Positions 19,228 through 27,991 of a stretch of 64,000 nucleotides of DNA are shown piece after piece. The notes under the pieces were generated by a model. The model searched no databases, was not told where the DNA came from, and saw only the letters and a list, made by a program, of their open reading frames with translations. Source of the stretch: an uncultured virus (IMG/VR IMGVR_UViG_3300026522_001173) (taxonomy: Duplodnaviria; Heunggongvirae; Uroviricota; Caudoviricetes); the IMG/VR virus record IMGVR_UViG_3300026522_001173; one strand, written 5' to 3'. Position numbers and translations under genes: made by a program. The first letter of the stretch is position 1, and the number at the start of each line of letters is the position of its first letter.

Positions 19228-19472
19228 AGCTTATATTTATCTCTCATGCATCTGCCGCAGGGACGGTACCCGGCTGCAATCGCTGTTTCCTCGTCCTTGA
19301 AGAAAACCCTGTGGCTGATATATGCATTTCTGTACTTACTCCTCAGAACAGCATTTGCCGAAGGACAATCCATCCTGCCGTAAATCTTCATATTGCTGTT
19401 CCCACCGTATTCTCCTTTTGTCTCGGAGAGATATGTTGAGCCGTCAGCGGCGGTCAGCTTATACATCTTCAT
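19203..19472 (-). CDS. Stand-alone Ada metal-binding-domain protein
   Basis: IYGRMDC...RVFFKDEETAIAAGYRPCGRC motif with GGAGG RBS. Confidence 0.8.
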   Translation of the reverse strand: MKMYKLTAADGSTYLSETKGEYGGNSNMKIYGRMDCPSANAVLRSKYRNAYISHRVFFKDEETAIAAGYRPCGRCMRDKYKLWKEANKK

Positions 19473-19511
19473 GAGCATTACCTCCAAGTCACTTGTTTTT
19501 TTTCTGATATA

Positions 19512-19545
19512 ATCATACAATACGGCATGGGCACAAAATGACGCA
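19512..19545 (-). promoter_or_regulatory. Promoter: 18-bp box, N10, TATGAT
   Basis: Minus strand TGCGTCATTTTGTGCCCA-N10-TATGAT. Confidence 0.6.
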
Positions 19546-19547
19546 TC

Positions 19548-19578
19548 AAAAAAATAGCGACACCGAAGTGCCGCCATC
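19548..19578 (-). terminator. Rho-independent terminator with UUCG loop
   Basis: Minus strand ATGGCGGCAC-TTCG-GTGTCGCTAT followed by a T run. Confidence 0.75.
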
Positions 19579-19782
19579 TACAGTACAGATTGCTAGGTGA
19601 CAAATTATTTTCTGAACCGATGCCAATTCTGCTACAAATTAAAATCCGCTCTTTTTTTGAACACAGGAACAACTTGCTGTTCCTTGTTTATCTAACTGCA
19701 TCACAGCATATAGGGTCTTGTCGGTACAGCCTTGCTGCTTTAATTAAATTCCCTGATCTGTCTGTTTATATCCTGTTATTCT

Positions 19783-20235
19783 TTATTGGTTTGAAATATC
19801 TTTATTTAACCGTTCATATATTTCTTCCGGTGTATCTTCGTTTAGATCAAAAGACCGAGAGAACAGATGACTTGGAACATCATCTTTGTAACCTTCTGTA
19901 AACATAAGCCTGTCAAGCGTAGTGAACACTTCAATTGCGAATACCTGATAGATTTCATTTTCTTTCAGGTAAATATTACCTTCTGAAAATGCAATAAAAC
20001 TCAAATGACGATAAGGGATCATTGCCAGAACGACAGAATCTCTTTCTCCGTAGCATATTACCTGATAAATCAAATCCGCAAAATTACAATATTGTTTGAA
20101 GTGATTCATATCATGCTCTATTTCAGATAATTCATCGGGGTTGCCGCTGAAATATTCATCCTTTAAATCCAATAGGAATTCAGCAGCGGATTCTAATTCT
20201 TCCTTATAGTTCTGATTCTGATTGGCCATAATCAA
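19783..20235 (-). CDS. Acidic hypothetical protein
   Basis: 150-aa ORF with GAGGAG RBS. Confidence 0.65.
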   Translation of the reverse strand: MIMANQNQNYKEELESAAEFLLDLKDEYFSGNPDELSEIEHDMNHFKQYCNFADLIYQVICYGERDSVVLAMIPYRHLSFIAFSEGNIYLKENEIYQVFAIEVFTTLDRLMFTEGYKDDVPSHLFSRSFDLNEDTPEEIYERLNKDISNQ

Positions 20236-20271
20236 TTAACTCCTCTTTTATTTTTATAAGATATTAACATA

Positions 20272-20997
20272 TCAGTCATTGTCAAGTTCTGATGCGAGTA
20301 CATGGATCATATCTATATCCTCCCGAAAAAGGAATTTAACTCTTTCCTTGTCTTCCACAAGATAAGCCAATCCCTTGATTATTTCATTGGCAGTTTTTAT
20401 AGCTTTACTCTGTTCCCAGACAATAAAATCCCCCTCCAGTAATGAATTAATATCCTGTTTCTTCAAAGCTTCTTTAATGCTTCTCTGGATTGTTATGTAC
20501 TCATCATAATCAGCAATCTTATTCCATTTCTTATCATTAAATCCAAACCAGTCAAGAATATAACTGTCAAGCGGAATATGGCACTGTTCAAAATCAAAGG
20601 CACTGATTTCGCTGTAATACTCACGCACACAATAGACATATTTGAATGTCATATTGATCAGTTTCTGCCATAGTCCGACAGACATGCCGTACATATTGTT
20701 TTCACATGTATCTCTATGCCATTTTGAGTAGTTGACCTGTTTTCCGGCAATCACGTTTTCAAAGAATTTATAAATTATCCCTACGATCTGATCTTTGTTG
20801 TCGGACTTGTCTTTATATGAGGGCTGCATTCTCTCATACATAACAGCATCAACCCAGGCTTTATTGATGCAGTATGATAAGACATCTCTATCACTATGAT
20901 TCATAAAATCGATCTTATTATTTTCGATTTTCTGTTTAATTTCTTTTGAGAAAGCCTGATCATAAAAGGCTTTTACATACTTCCTAATTTCATTCAT
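20272..20997 (-). CDS. Hypothetical protein, HhH-GPD DNA-glycosylase-like
   Basis: G..QKLINMTFKY...HIPLDSYIL...W...DFIVW pattern; ORF is solid but the function is tentative. Confidence 0.45.
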   Translation of the reverse strand: MNEIRKYVKAFYDQAFSKEIKQKIENNKIDFMNHSDRDVLSYCINKAWVDAVMYERMQPSYKDKSDNKDQIVGIIYKFFENVIAGKQVNYSKWHRDTCENNMYGMSVGLWQKLINMTFKYVYCVREYYSEISAFDFEQCHIPLDSYILDWFGFNDKKWNKIADYDEYITIQRSIKEALKKQDINSLLEGDFIVWEQSKAIKTANEIIKGLAYLVEDKERVKFLFREDIDMIHVLASELDND

Positions 20998-21044
20998 GGT
21001 ATCTATATCCTTTCACTGTATTTAGCTATCCTAAAGTAGAAGCG

Positions 21045-22511
21045 TTACCACCATTCTCTATCAGGCAGTGGTAATTCTGGCAGGCCTTTTCTACGCCTCT
21101 CATCGTTTAATTTCTTCACCCGCTCCCATTCTCTCTGAGATGCAACGGCTCGTCTGTGCCGTTCTTCAGAATCCTTGCGGCGTTGTTCATCCTCAAACCT
21201 ACGGTCGCGCTCCTCCTGTTCTCTTCTACGGCGTTTATCCGAGATACGGTTTCCTACTGCCGTACCAACTGCAACGGCTGCAGCATCACGTATAAAGCTG
21301 TGACCACTGTCACCGCCTGAGTACTCGTCAGCTTCATCGTATCCCATTTCTGCACGTTCCTGTCTAAGTAGGATACTTTTCTGACGATTCCTTTCAAGCT
21401 GCTCCTGATAAGCCTTTTCCTGCTCTTCATACTCTCGGTCGATGCGATCTATATAATGCTTGACCGCTTCTTCAATGGTCATTGTTGTCCCACTCATTTC
21501 TGCAATCAAAGCACGTATACCGTCTATGGTATTGAATGTAATATTGCCTTTATGCTTTGACTCTACGCATTCTGGCAAATGAAGTTCTGCAAACATTTTA
21601 TTGAACCGAGACTGGTTAACATTGGCTGCTCGAACAACCTCATTTCTAATGTCTCCAAACGGAACACCTCTCATAAACTTATCATAGAGCGTAGGATAAT
21701 TTCCGGTTAAAATAGGCAGCCCTGCATTAAACACCTCTCGACTGATTGGCTGCCTTCTGTCATACAGATCCTTTAATCTAACATATTCTTTAAACTCAAA
21801 AAACTTCATCAGTATTTTTTTGTGTTCAAGGAAAGGCTTATACCGCATATCAAGCTCTGTCAGAACGGAATGTGAGAACAGATCTCCAAGCATATATGCA
21901 AATTCTGTTCTCTGCAAAAACACATACTGGAATATAGGATCATCATTCAGTTGTTGTAAGTCATAATCCTCCCATAAATATACGCTGTAATAAGAGGTAA
22001 ATTCAATGACTCTTCTTTTTGATAAGGCGAGAACGAGCTCGTCTTGTTTTTTAGCAGGATTCGGGTTAACGCATAGCTTTACAAGAGATTTTTTACCGGG
22101 CAAAGACGGAATATCAACCCATACCTCGGTTTCCTTTTCGTAGACAGTTCTTAACTGATGCTCGATTTCTTTAGCTGCATCTTCTGTCTCACTGTCATAC
22201 ATCACATTAACCGTAATCCCGTAAACATATGGGTACGTGTTTATATAATCAACATCTACAGTGCTGACATTGCCATCCTCATTCTTAACAAGGTATTGTC
22301 CACATGCAGTTGTGAAATTTGCATTTGTTCCCACAACCACAGCCGGAAAGCAAATCCTCTTTTCCTTTCGATCTGTCTTGTAGTTCATAAATGTGCTGCC
22401 ACCATAATATGATACAGGGAAATCCACATGGATTCTGTTTGCAATATCAGCGACAACAGCATCTGTATATCGATTGGTGGCTGCATCACTGCACAGCTTT
22501 CTGTCCATCAT
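21045..22511 (-). CDS. Hypothetical protein with charged coiled-coil C-terminus
   Basis: 488 aa with ATGA overlap with the WYL gene. E/R/Q-rich tail surrounds AAAVAVGTAVG. Confidence 0.75.
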   Translation of the reverse strand: MMDRKLCSDAATNRYTDAVVADIANRIHVDFPVSYYGGSTFMNYKTDRKEKRICFPAVVVGTNANFTTACGQYLVKNEDGNVSTVDVDYINTYPYVYGITVNVMYDSETEDAAKEIEHQLRTVYEKETEVWVDIPSLPGKKSLVKLCVNPNPAKKQDELVLALSKRRVIEFTSYYSVYLWEDYDLQQLNDDPIFQYVFLQRTEFAYMLGDLFSHSVLTELDMRYKPFLEHKKILMKFFEFKEYVRLKDLYDRRQPISREVFNAGLPILTGNYPTLYDKFMRGVPFGDIRNEVVRAANVNQSRFNKMFAELHLPECVESKHKGNITFNTIDGIRALIAEMSGTTMTIEEAVKHYIDRIDREYEEQEKAYQEQLERNRQKSILLRQERAEMGYDEADEYSGGDSGHSFIRDAAAVAVGTAVGNRISDKRRRREQEERDRRFEDEQRRKDSEERHRRAVASQREWERVKKLNDERRRKGLPELPLPDREWW

Positions 22512-23680
22512 TTTACATCACTCCTACTCAACGTCTCATATGCAATCCGATATATCTCGCACAGTTCTTCCCTTAAATATTCCGGTTCAAGTACAACGAC
22601 ATTTCGTGCGTAGGTCTTGGCAAACTCCTTCATGGCTCGGTCGTTAGTCCTAACAACAAGCCTGTATTCACCGCTGACTGCATTTTCGGATTTCTCAATT
22701 CTGATATTTGCCTTGCCAAAATAATCGATAGCATCGGAAAGATTGCCGTCCTGATCGTTTTTGAAGACCAACTTTGCAGTTATACTGCGTCCGGGACTTA
22801 ACGAGCTGTTTTGTCTGGCATAGTCGAACACATTATTCCAACTATGATTGATGTCCTTTAATGAAAAACTTGCGACTATGCGCTTTTCCTCATTGCTCAT
22901 TTCTTCGTTATCAGTAATACAAAGCTCTCTGATCCTGTCGATTCGGAAAGTGTCTAAAAATCTGGAACCTTGCTCGACATTTTCTATGAGCTTCTTTACA
23001 TCACTTATCAGGTCTTCCGGAGAACTGTGGCTGCTCCCGCATACCAGACCCACCAGATAAAAATCATTATTGTTCGCAGCAATTCCAAACGGGAACACCT
23101 TCCACACGCGACCGTCTATATGGAACTTTAAATTCTCATCATATGAACCATACTGAAATTCAATCACCCTGTGGTCAGAAATGGCTCTGTCAATCTCCTC
23201 AAGATTATAGAACAGCGGAGAAAACTCGCTGCCCGGATCTTGGGTATCAAGAATATAATGCTTCAAGTTGTGCCTGATGGAAGAAGGCCATAGCTTTTCC
23301 AGCTTTTTGACGATCTCTTCTTTCTGCTTTCTTGAAATGTGCTTTGCAAAGATAACGTTATAGATCAACGATTGCAGTTCACTCTTTTCAAATTCGTGTT
23401 CATAATAAAAATCAGTATAAACTGCGCTCTCTTCATCATCCTCCACATCAATCTCTTCGCCGTTTCTTTTCCTGATACTGCATTTGATATGCTCCGGATC
23501 ATAGTACATGACCTGTTTAAGGTTTCTGCTCAGCGTTTTTCGATTGACGGTAAGATTATAATCCGATTTGAGTTTTTTACTGATTTCCTCCTGTTTAAGC
23601 ACATGATCAGCATCTGTGTATTTCCTCAAAACCTCAATAATAAAGGGAATGATCATTTTCTTTGGCACATCTGAACTCAT
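22508..23680 (-). CDS. WYL-domain transcriptional regulator (wHTH-WYL-WCX)
   Basis: IIEVLRKYTDADH.L...VNRKTLSRNL wHTH; IDRAI...IEFQY...VFPFGI...FYLVG...FRIDRI WYL domain; VVVLEPEYLRE WCX domain. Confidence 0.92.
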   Translation of the reverse strand: MSSDVPKKMIIPFIIEVLRKYTDADHVLKQEEISKKLKSDYNLTVNRKTLSRNLKQVMYYDPEHIKCSIRKRNGEEIDVEDDEESAVYTDFYYEHEFEKSELQSLIYNVIFAKHISRKQKEEIVKKLEKLWPSSIRHNLKHYILDTQDPGSEFSPLFYNLEEIDRAISDHRVIEFQYGSYDENLKFHIDGRVWKVFPFGIAANNNDFYLVGLVCGSSHSSPEDLISDVKKLIENVEQGSRFLDTFRIDRIRELCITDNEEMSNEEKRIVASFSLKDINHSWNNVFDYARQNSSLSPGRSITAKLVFKNDQDGNLSDAIDYFGKANIRIEKSENAVSGEYRLVVRTNDRAMKEFAKTYARNVVVLEPEYLREELCEIYRIAYETLSRSDVK

Positions 23681-23710
23681 TAGAAATCCCTCCTGATATC
23701 TTATACAGAT

Positions 23711-23890
23711 ATTCTATCTCATTAGGTGGCACTTATTTGCCCCATGTATTGAAGCATCATCGGCAGTAATTAAAATATTCGAGTCACTTTCAAAAGAACT
23801 GCTTATCACATACCTTTGATTCTATTATAAATACATATATGGGGCTTTTTTTACTCATCACTATTATAGCAGAAAATGCCGAAAACTCAA
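23711..23890 (-). promoter_or_regulatory. WYL gene control region: two box-N10-(-10) units plus a sigma-A promoter
   Basis: TGGGGCAAATAAGTGCCA-N10-TAGAAT (23711-23744), TGAGTAAAAAAAGCCCCA-N10-TATAAT (23824-23857) and TTGAGT-N16-TATAAT with extended TG (23863-23890). Confidence 0.6.
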
Positions 23891-23902
23891 TGAAATTTTT
23901 GT

Positions 23903-23948
23903 AAATAAAAAAAGCCTGCAGGCACTCCGAAGAGATACCCACAGGCAT
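23903..23948 (-). repeat. 46-bp terminator and direct repeat, right boundary of the cargo island (lysis operon terminator)
   Basis: 42 of 46 bases match 9934-9979; lies directly after the endolysin stop. Confidence 0.85.
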
Positions 23949-23965
23949 AAAGATGATATATGGAT

Positions 23966-24910
23966 TTACAGTTTTACTGTATAATCAAGTGCGACCCAAC
24001 CCGCACCGGACTTCAATTTGCCCCAACCCTTGTCAGAGCCTTTGCCGGACTTGACCTCAACGATGGTATAAACCCCTTTCGGAATGTACTGCGTTCTGGC
24101 ATAATCCGTTCCCGGTCCCTTGCGGATGTTAAGGTCGGAGATGCTGACCTTAACTTTAAACGGCACCTTGACAGCAGATGCAGAAGTTTTCGGCTCGTAT
24201 ACGACCTTTCCGTTTGCATCGAACACCTTGTACCCGACATTCTTATCCGCGCACGTCTTTGCATTGGCAAGCACCTTATAAGCGCCCTTCTGCGTTTTGG
24301 AATCAGCCCAGGTCTTTCTTACGCGGTAAAGCTGCGTAGGTGTCACCTGGGGAGTTGTTGAACCGCTGCCGCCAAGCTGTGCTGTGACCTTAGTTGCCAG
24401 ATCACCCATCCTCGCATACATCCAGTTGCCGGGACAACTTTTATTAGCAAACCATCTGTGGACAGTCAGTACCATCTCATCTGCCTTTGGATTGTAATTA
24501 AGGGTCTTGTCCTTATCACCAAGCCACAGAAGCTTCTTCTTGCCGTTTCTCTTGCAGATGTCTACGCATAATGCAATCAGCTTTTTGTAGACTACATCAC
24601 GAAAAGCGTAAGGCTCTGTGGTGTCGGATGCGCACTCGATGGTGATAGCCCTCTGGTCATTGGCATTAGAGGAAGAACACCAGGAGCGGTTCTTTTCCTC
24701 CACATACATGCCGACACGGCCGTCAGCACCAATACCGTAATTGCAGGATGCCTGTCTGCTGACAGGCGCAAAGATACTGCCAAGTGTTTCCACACTGCAC
24801 TGACCGACTACACAGTGCGGCGTAATACGGTCGATGGAGTGTGTCCTCTGCCCGGAGTGATTAGGGCTGAGTTTTGTGTAGGAAACCATAGAACTGTTTG
24901 TGTAAGCCAT
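23966..24910 (-). CDS. Endolysin: N-acetylmuramoyl-L-alanine amidase with SPOR-like and SH3 cell-wall domains
   Basis: ITPHC, ASCNYGI, ITIEC and HRWFANKSCPG motifs; LNIRKGPGT...WGKLKSGAGWV SH3 domain. Confidence 0.93.
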   Translation of the reverse strand: MAYTNSSMVSYTKLSPNHSGQRTHSIDRITPHCVVGQCSVETLGSIFAPVSRQASCNYGIGADGRVGMYVEEKNRSWCSSSNANDQRAITIECASDTTEPYAFRDVVYKKLIALCVDICKRNGKKKLLWLGDKDKTLNYNPKADEMVLTVHRWFANKSCPGNWMYARMGDLATKVTAQLGGSGSTTPQVTPTQLYRVRKTWADSKTQKGAYKVLANAKTCADKNVGYKVFDANGKVVYEPKTSASAVKVPFKVKVSISDLNIRKGPGTDYARTQYIPKGVYTIVEVKSGKGSDKGWGKLKSGAGWVALDYTVKL

Positions 24911-24911
24911 A

Positions 24912-25325
24912 TTATTTGTCCTCCTTCTCTGCTCTGTCGTGCAGCTGTTCAAGCACGACTTTTAGTTTTTCCGGGATTGGAAGTCCCAGATGGCCTGCAT
25001 TCTCCACGAGAGATACACCCTCGTTGGAAAGATAAAAGAAGATGACGGCTGTCCGAAGTACGGAGCCGGCACCGATCACAAAGGCATCAATGATGTGTCC
25101 GATACCTACCAAAGCAAAGATCAGTACTTTGCGACAGATGCCTTTGAATCCGATTTCTGAACTCAGGTTGTGGTCTGCAATAGCACACATGATACCTGTG
25201 ATGTAATCAAGCACCACGAATGCCAGAAGTGCATAAAGCAAACCGTCACAGCCGCCGAGAAACCAGCCGAGCCAACCTCCGACAGCCGCAAAAACAAGCT
25301 GAATCGTGTTCCAGAATTCTTTCAT
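24912..25325 (-). CDS. Phage holin (toxin secretion/phage lysis family)
   Basis: DYITG, SEIGFKGI.RK and NEGVSLVEN...GLPIP motifs with hydrophobic helices. Confidence 0.93.
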   Translation of the reverse strand: MKEFWNTIQLVFAAVGGWLGWFLGGCDGLLYALLAFVVLDYITGIMCAIADHNLSSEIGFKGICRKVLIFALVGIGHIIDAFVIGAGSVLRTAVIFFYLSNEGVSLVENAGHLGLPIPEKLKVVLEQLHDRAEKEDK

Positions 25326-25404
25326 GTGATAAAACCTCCATTTCTTAAAATAGGTATGAAAAAAGCACCTCTTGCGAGATGCCCGTTCCCAGAGTAAATA
25401 TTGA

Positions 25405-27408
25405 TTAAGCGATTCGTATCGCTCTCATATATGACGATGTGACATTGAGTGCCGATCCGGTGTCCTGGTATGCCTGCAGCTTTATCACCAGTCCGTTTGC
25501 TGATGTGGTGTAAGCAATAAGTGTTGAATGCACCGTTATCGTTGCACTTGTACTTCCTCCGGCAGCAACAACAGATCCGTATGCGGATGTGGAGAAATTC
25601 GTCCCTCCGTCCGTAGAAGCCAGGAATCTCAGTCCTCTCCGTTTTGCCGTTGCCGCCGCAAAGGTCATAGATGCCACAATGATATAGTTTCCTGTGGTCA
25701 GCGTTACCTTGGAGTTGGTATCTGTCCACGCCCCTGTGGGTATGGACTTCGCAGTGGAGGAGTTAGAATCAGTCACTGTGCCGATAGCTGTACTGTGGTT
25801 TCCCACGGTCAATGCTCCGGTAACTTTTGTCGCACCGTTTATCACATTGGTCTTTGCCGTCAGTGAATTGCGATAGATCAGCCAGTCACCGAGCGTACTA
25901 TCGTAAAGTCCTCTGTTTACGCCGCCGCTGCCGATACCAAATCCGATCTTTGCCTGCACAGCGCCATCGGATCCATATCTTGTATGTGTCATCGCCAGAT
26001 CATTGTTCTCGCTTGTCACCAGCTTTGTATGATTGGTGGTCAGTGCAATTTCCAGGGTGTTGTCCTTCTCAGCCACCTTTCCGATTGCCAGCCCCTTGCC
26101 GCCTGCCTTGAAATCCATAAGCACCGCTGCAGTAGAAACGATATCCACGATGGTAACCGTAGTAAAAGCATCTTTTATGGTGTATTTCACATCATAGGAA
26201 CTCTCGGTTGAGATGTTCCCGCCGCCAAAGGTGATGGCTGTACCGGAAGTGAACGCCTTGCTTGCGTTCGTCCATGAGGTAGCCGTGGACTTCTTATAAT
26301 GGGTAGTTGTCGTGACGGTATTTTTGCTTGAACAGGACGAATAGCTGAATTTCACAAGTCCCCTGATATACGTACCGTCATCATTGACCGTACCTCCGCT
26401 CGTTGCTCTCTGCGAGAGATAGCTTGTAAAGGATGGAGCAGAATATGCCACAACAGAGATGCTCACGGTTTTGGCATCAGATGTCCGTCCTCGAGAGTCT
26501 GTGACTTTTGCTGTAAAGGTAATCGTACCGGAGGTTGTCAGAAAGCCCGTGGTGAGCGTTGATGCAGTTCCGGAAAAGCCTCCGCCCGTAATGGAATACG
26601 AGGAAATTGTCGAACCTTGCGCTCCTGCCGCACCGTTTATCGTCAGCTTTGCTTTTGATTTCGACTGCACATAAATACCCCAGTCTGTCGGCACTGTTCC
26701 GTCAACCTTCTCAGCGGTAAGACTGGCTATTGTTGGCTTCACCGATGCCGGCACCGTCAGTGTCAGAGTACAGGTCTTAGAGCCGATTTTCGTGCTGCCG
26801 TTGTAGGTATCACAGGTGATCGTACATGTCCCTGACACGGCATTCGGTATCTGAGCCGCAAGAGATACAGCAGGCGTCCATGATACCGATGTCGATGTGG
26901 TCTTTGTCGCAATCGTCCCCGTAGATTTGCCGAAAGAATAGGTCAATGTATGCGTAAAGGACGATGAGGCACGAGTAATGGTGATCGTTGTCGCAGACCC
27001 CATCGTACCGTTTGCTGCCTTGACCGTGGATGCCCTCGGTATGGTATTCAGCGTATGTGTAGCACTTGCCGTGACACTGACCGCATAAGTATATACACCC
27101 GCCTCACAGCTTAATGCAAAGGACTTTGTGCCGTCTGCGTTATGGGTAATTTTCGTTGTGCCGGATGCGATAACCTGGTCTTTTTTCAGCTGAATACGGG
27201 TATCGCTCGAATACACCGTAGTCCCGTTAATGACTGCCTTGAACGCGCCGGACATAACCCAGCTTGTACCACCGGAGGAACCGGAGCCTTTCAGCGTCCA
27301 CGCAATCGTAGATGTATTGTTCGCTACATCCTGGCTGGATAGTGACCACGATAAGGTTATAGAGCGGCCTTCTTTTTCATTTGTTGTAATACTTCCGCTT
27401 GAAGCCAT
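25405..27408 (-). CDS. Tail fibre / receptor-binding protein (DUF859-like)
   Basis: SQDVANNTST, HNADGTKS, LNTIPRAS and GLAIGK motifs; S/T-rich. Confidence 0.85.
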   Translation of the reverse strand: MASSGSITTNEKEGRSITLSWSLSSQDVANNTSTIAWTLKGSGSSGGTSWVMSGAFKAVINGTTVYSSDTRIQLKKDQVIASGTTKITHNADGTKSFALSCEAGVYTYAVSVTASATHTLNTIPRASTVKAANGTMGSATTITITRASSSFTHTLTYSFGKSTGTIATKTTSTSVSWTPAVSLAAQIPNAVSGTCTITCDTYNGSTKIGSKTCTLTLTVPASVKPTIASLTAEKVDGTVPTDWGIYVQSKSKAKLTINGAAGAQGSTISSYSITGGGFSGTASTLTTGFLTTSGTITFTAKVTDSRGRTSDAKTVSISVVAYSAPSFTSYLSQRATSGGTVNDDGTYIRGLVKFSYSSCSSKNTVTTTTHYKKSTATSWTNASKAFTSGTAITFGGGNISTESSYDVKYTIKDAFTTVTIVDIVSTAAVLMDFKAGGKGLAIGKVAEKDNTLEIALTTNHTKLVTSENNDLAMTHTRYGSDGAVQAKIGFGIGSGGVNRGLYDSTLGDWLIYRNSLTAKTNVINGATKVTGALTVGNHSTAIGTVTDSNSSTAKSIPTGAWTDTNSKVTLTTGNYIIVASMTFAAATAKRRGLRFLASTDGGTNFSTSAYGSVVAAGGSTSATITVHSTLIAYTTSANGLVIKLQAYQDTGSALNVTSSYMRAIRIA

Positions 27409-27421
27409 AGATTTTCACTCC

Positions 27422-27979
27422 TTATGATGTCGGGTCACGCCATTTGATGGAGAGATTTCCGTTTGCACGGGGTATGAAATCAAACCACCCTCGGGTGTCA
27501 TTCCCGAGGGATAACTTGTTTCTGATCTCCGCATTGGTGATAACCAGACTGTTATTTGAGATATATGCGATCTTCTGTCCGTTCTCCTTGAATGCAAGTT
27601 CCTTGTTGGACAGTTCCGCAGTAAATGCGTTTCCGACCTTCCCAAGTTCGATCAGTGCGCCTTTGAAACGGATATACTCCTCAAGCAGTTCCTGATTTGC
27701 CGCCACATTACCTTTGATCTCGTTTGTTATGGATGTAAAATCCATACGTATCTCTTTGCTGTTCTGTGTAATGCTCGACTGGAAATCCTGCTGTATGCTC
27801 TGAAGCTCCGACTTCTGAAGATAGGTCTCCCGGACGGTACTCAGAATATCGCTTGAAGTCTTGGTGATCTCCGAGTAGCACTCACGCACACTGACCTGCA
27901 GAGCCGCCACATCATTCACGGCATCGTCATAGGCAGTGACATTCTGGAAGGTGTGCTGACAGCTTGTGAGCAGTGCCAT
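27422..27979 (-). CDS. Minor tail protein
   Basis: Coiled coil followed by YIRF...IELG...NG.KIAYISN..L.ITNAEI. Confidence 0.75.
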   Translation of the reverse strand: MALLTSCQHTFQNVTAYDDAVNDVAALQVSVRECYSEITKTSSDILSTVRETYLQKSELQSIQQDFQSSITQNSKEIRMDFTSITNEIKGNVAANQELLEEYIRFKGALIELGKVGNAFTAELSNKELAFKENGQKIAYISNNSLVITNAEIRNKLSLGNDTRGWFDFIPRANGNLSIKWRDPTS

Positions 27980-27991
27980 AAGACCACCTCC

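Noticed and set aside
19590..19782. Non-coding gap with a GGAACA-N6-TGTTCC palindrome as a possible sRNA, and the 103-aa plus-strand ORF
   Set aside because: One short palindrome is not enough evidence, and the ORF lacks a clear RBS and overlaps a real gene.
25322..27408. Diversity-generating retroelement targeting the tail fibre
   Set aside because: No reverse transcriptase in the window and no template/variable repeat pair was seen.
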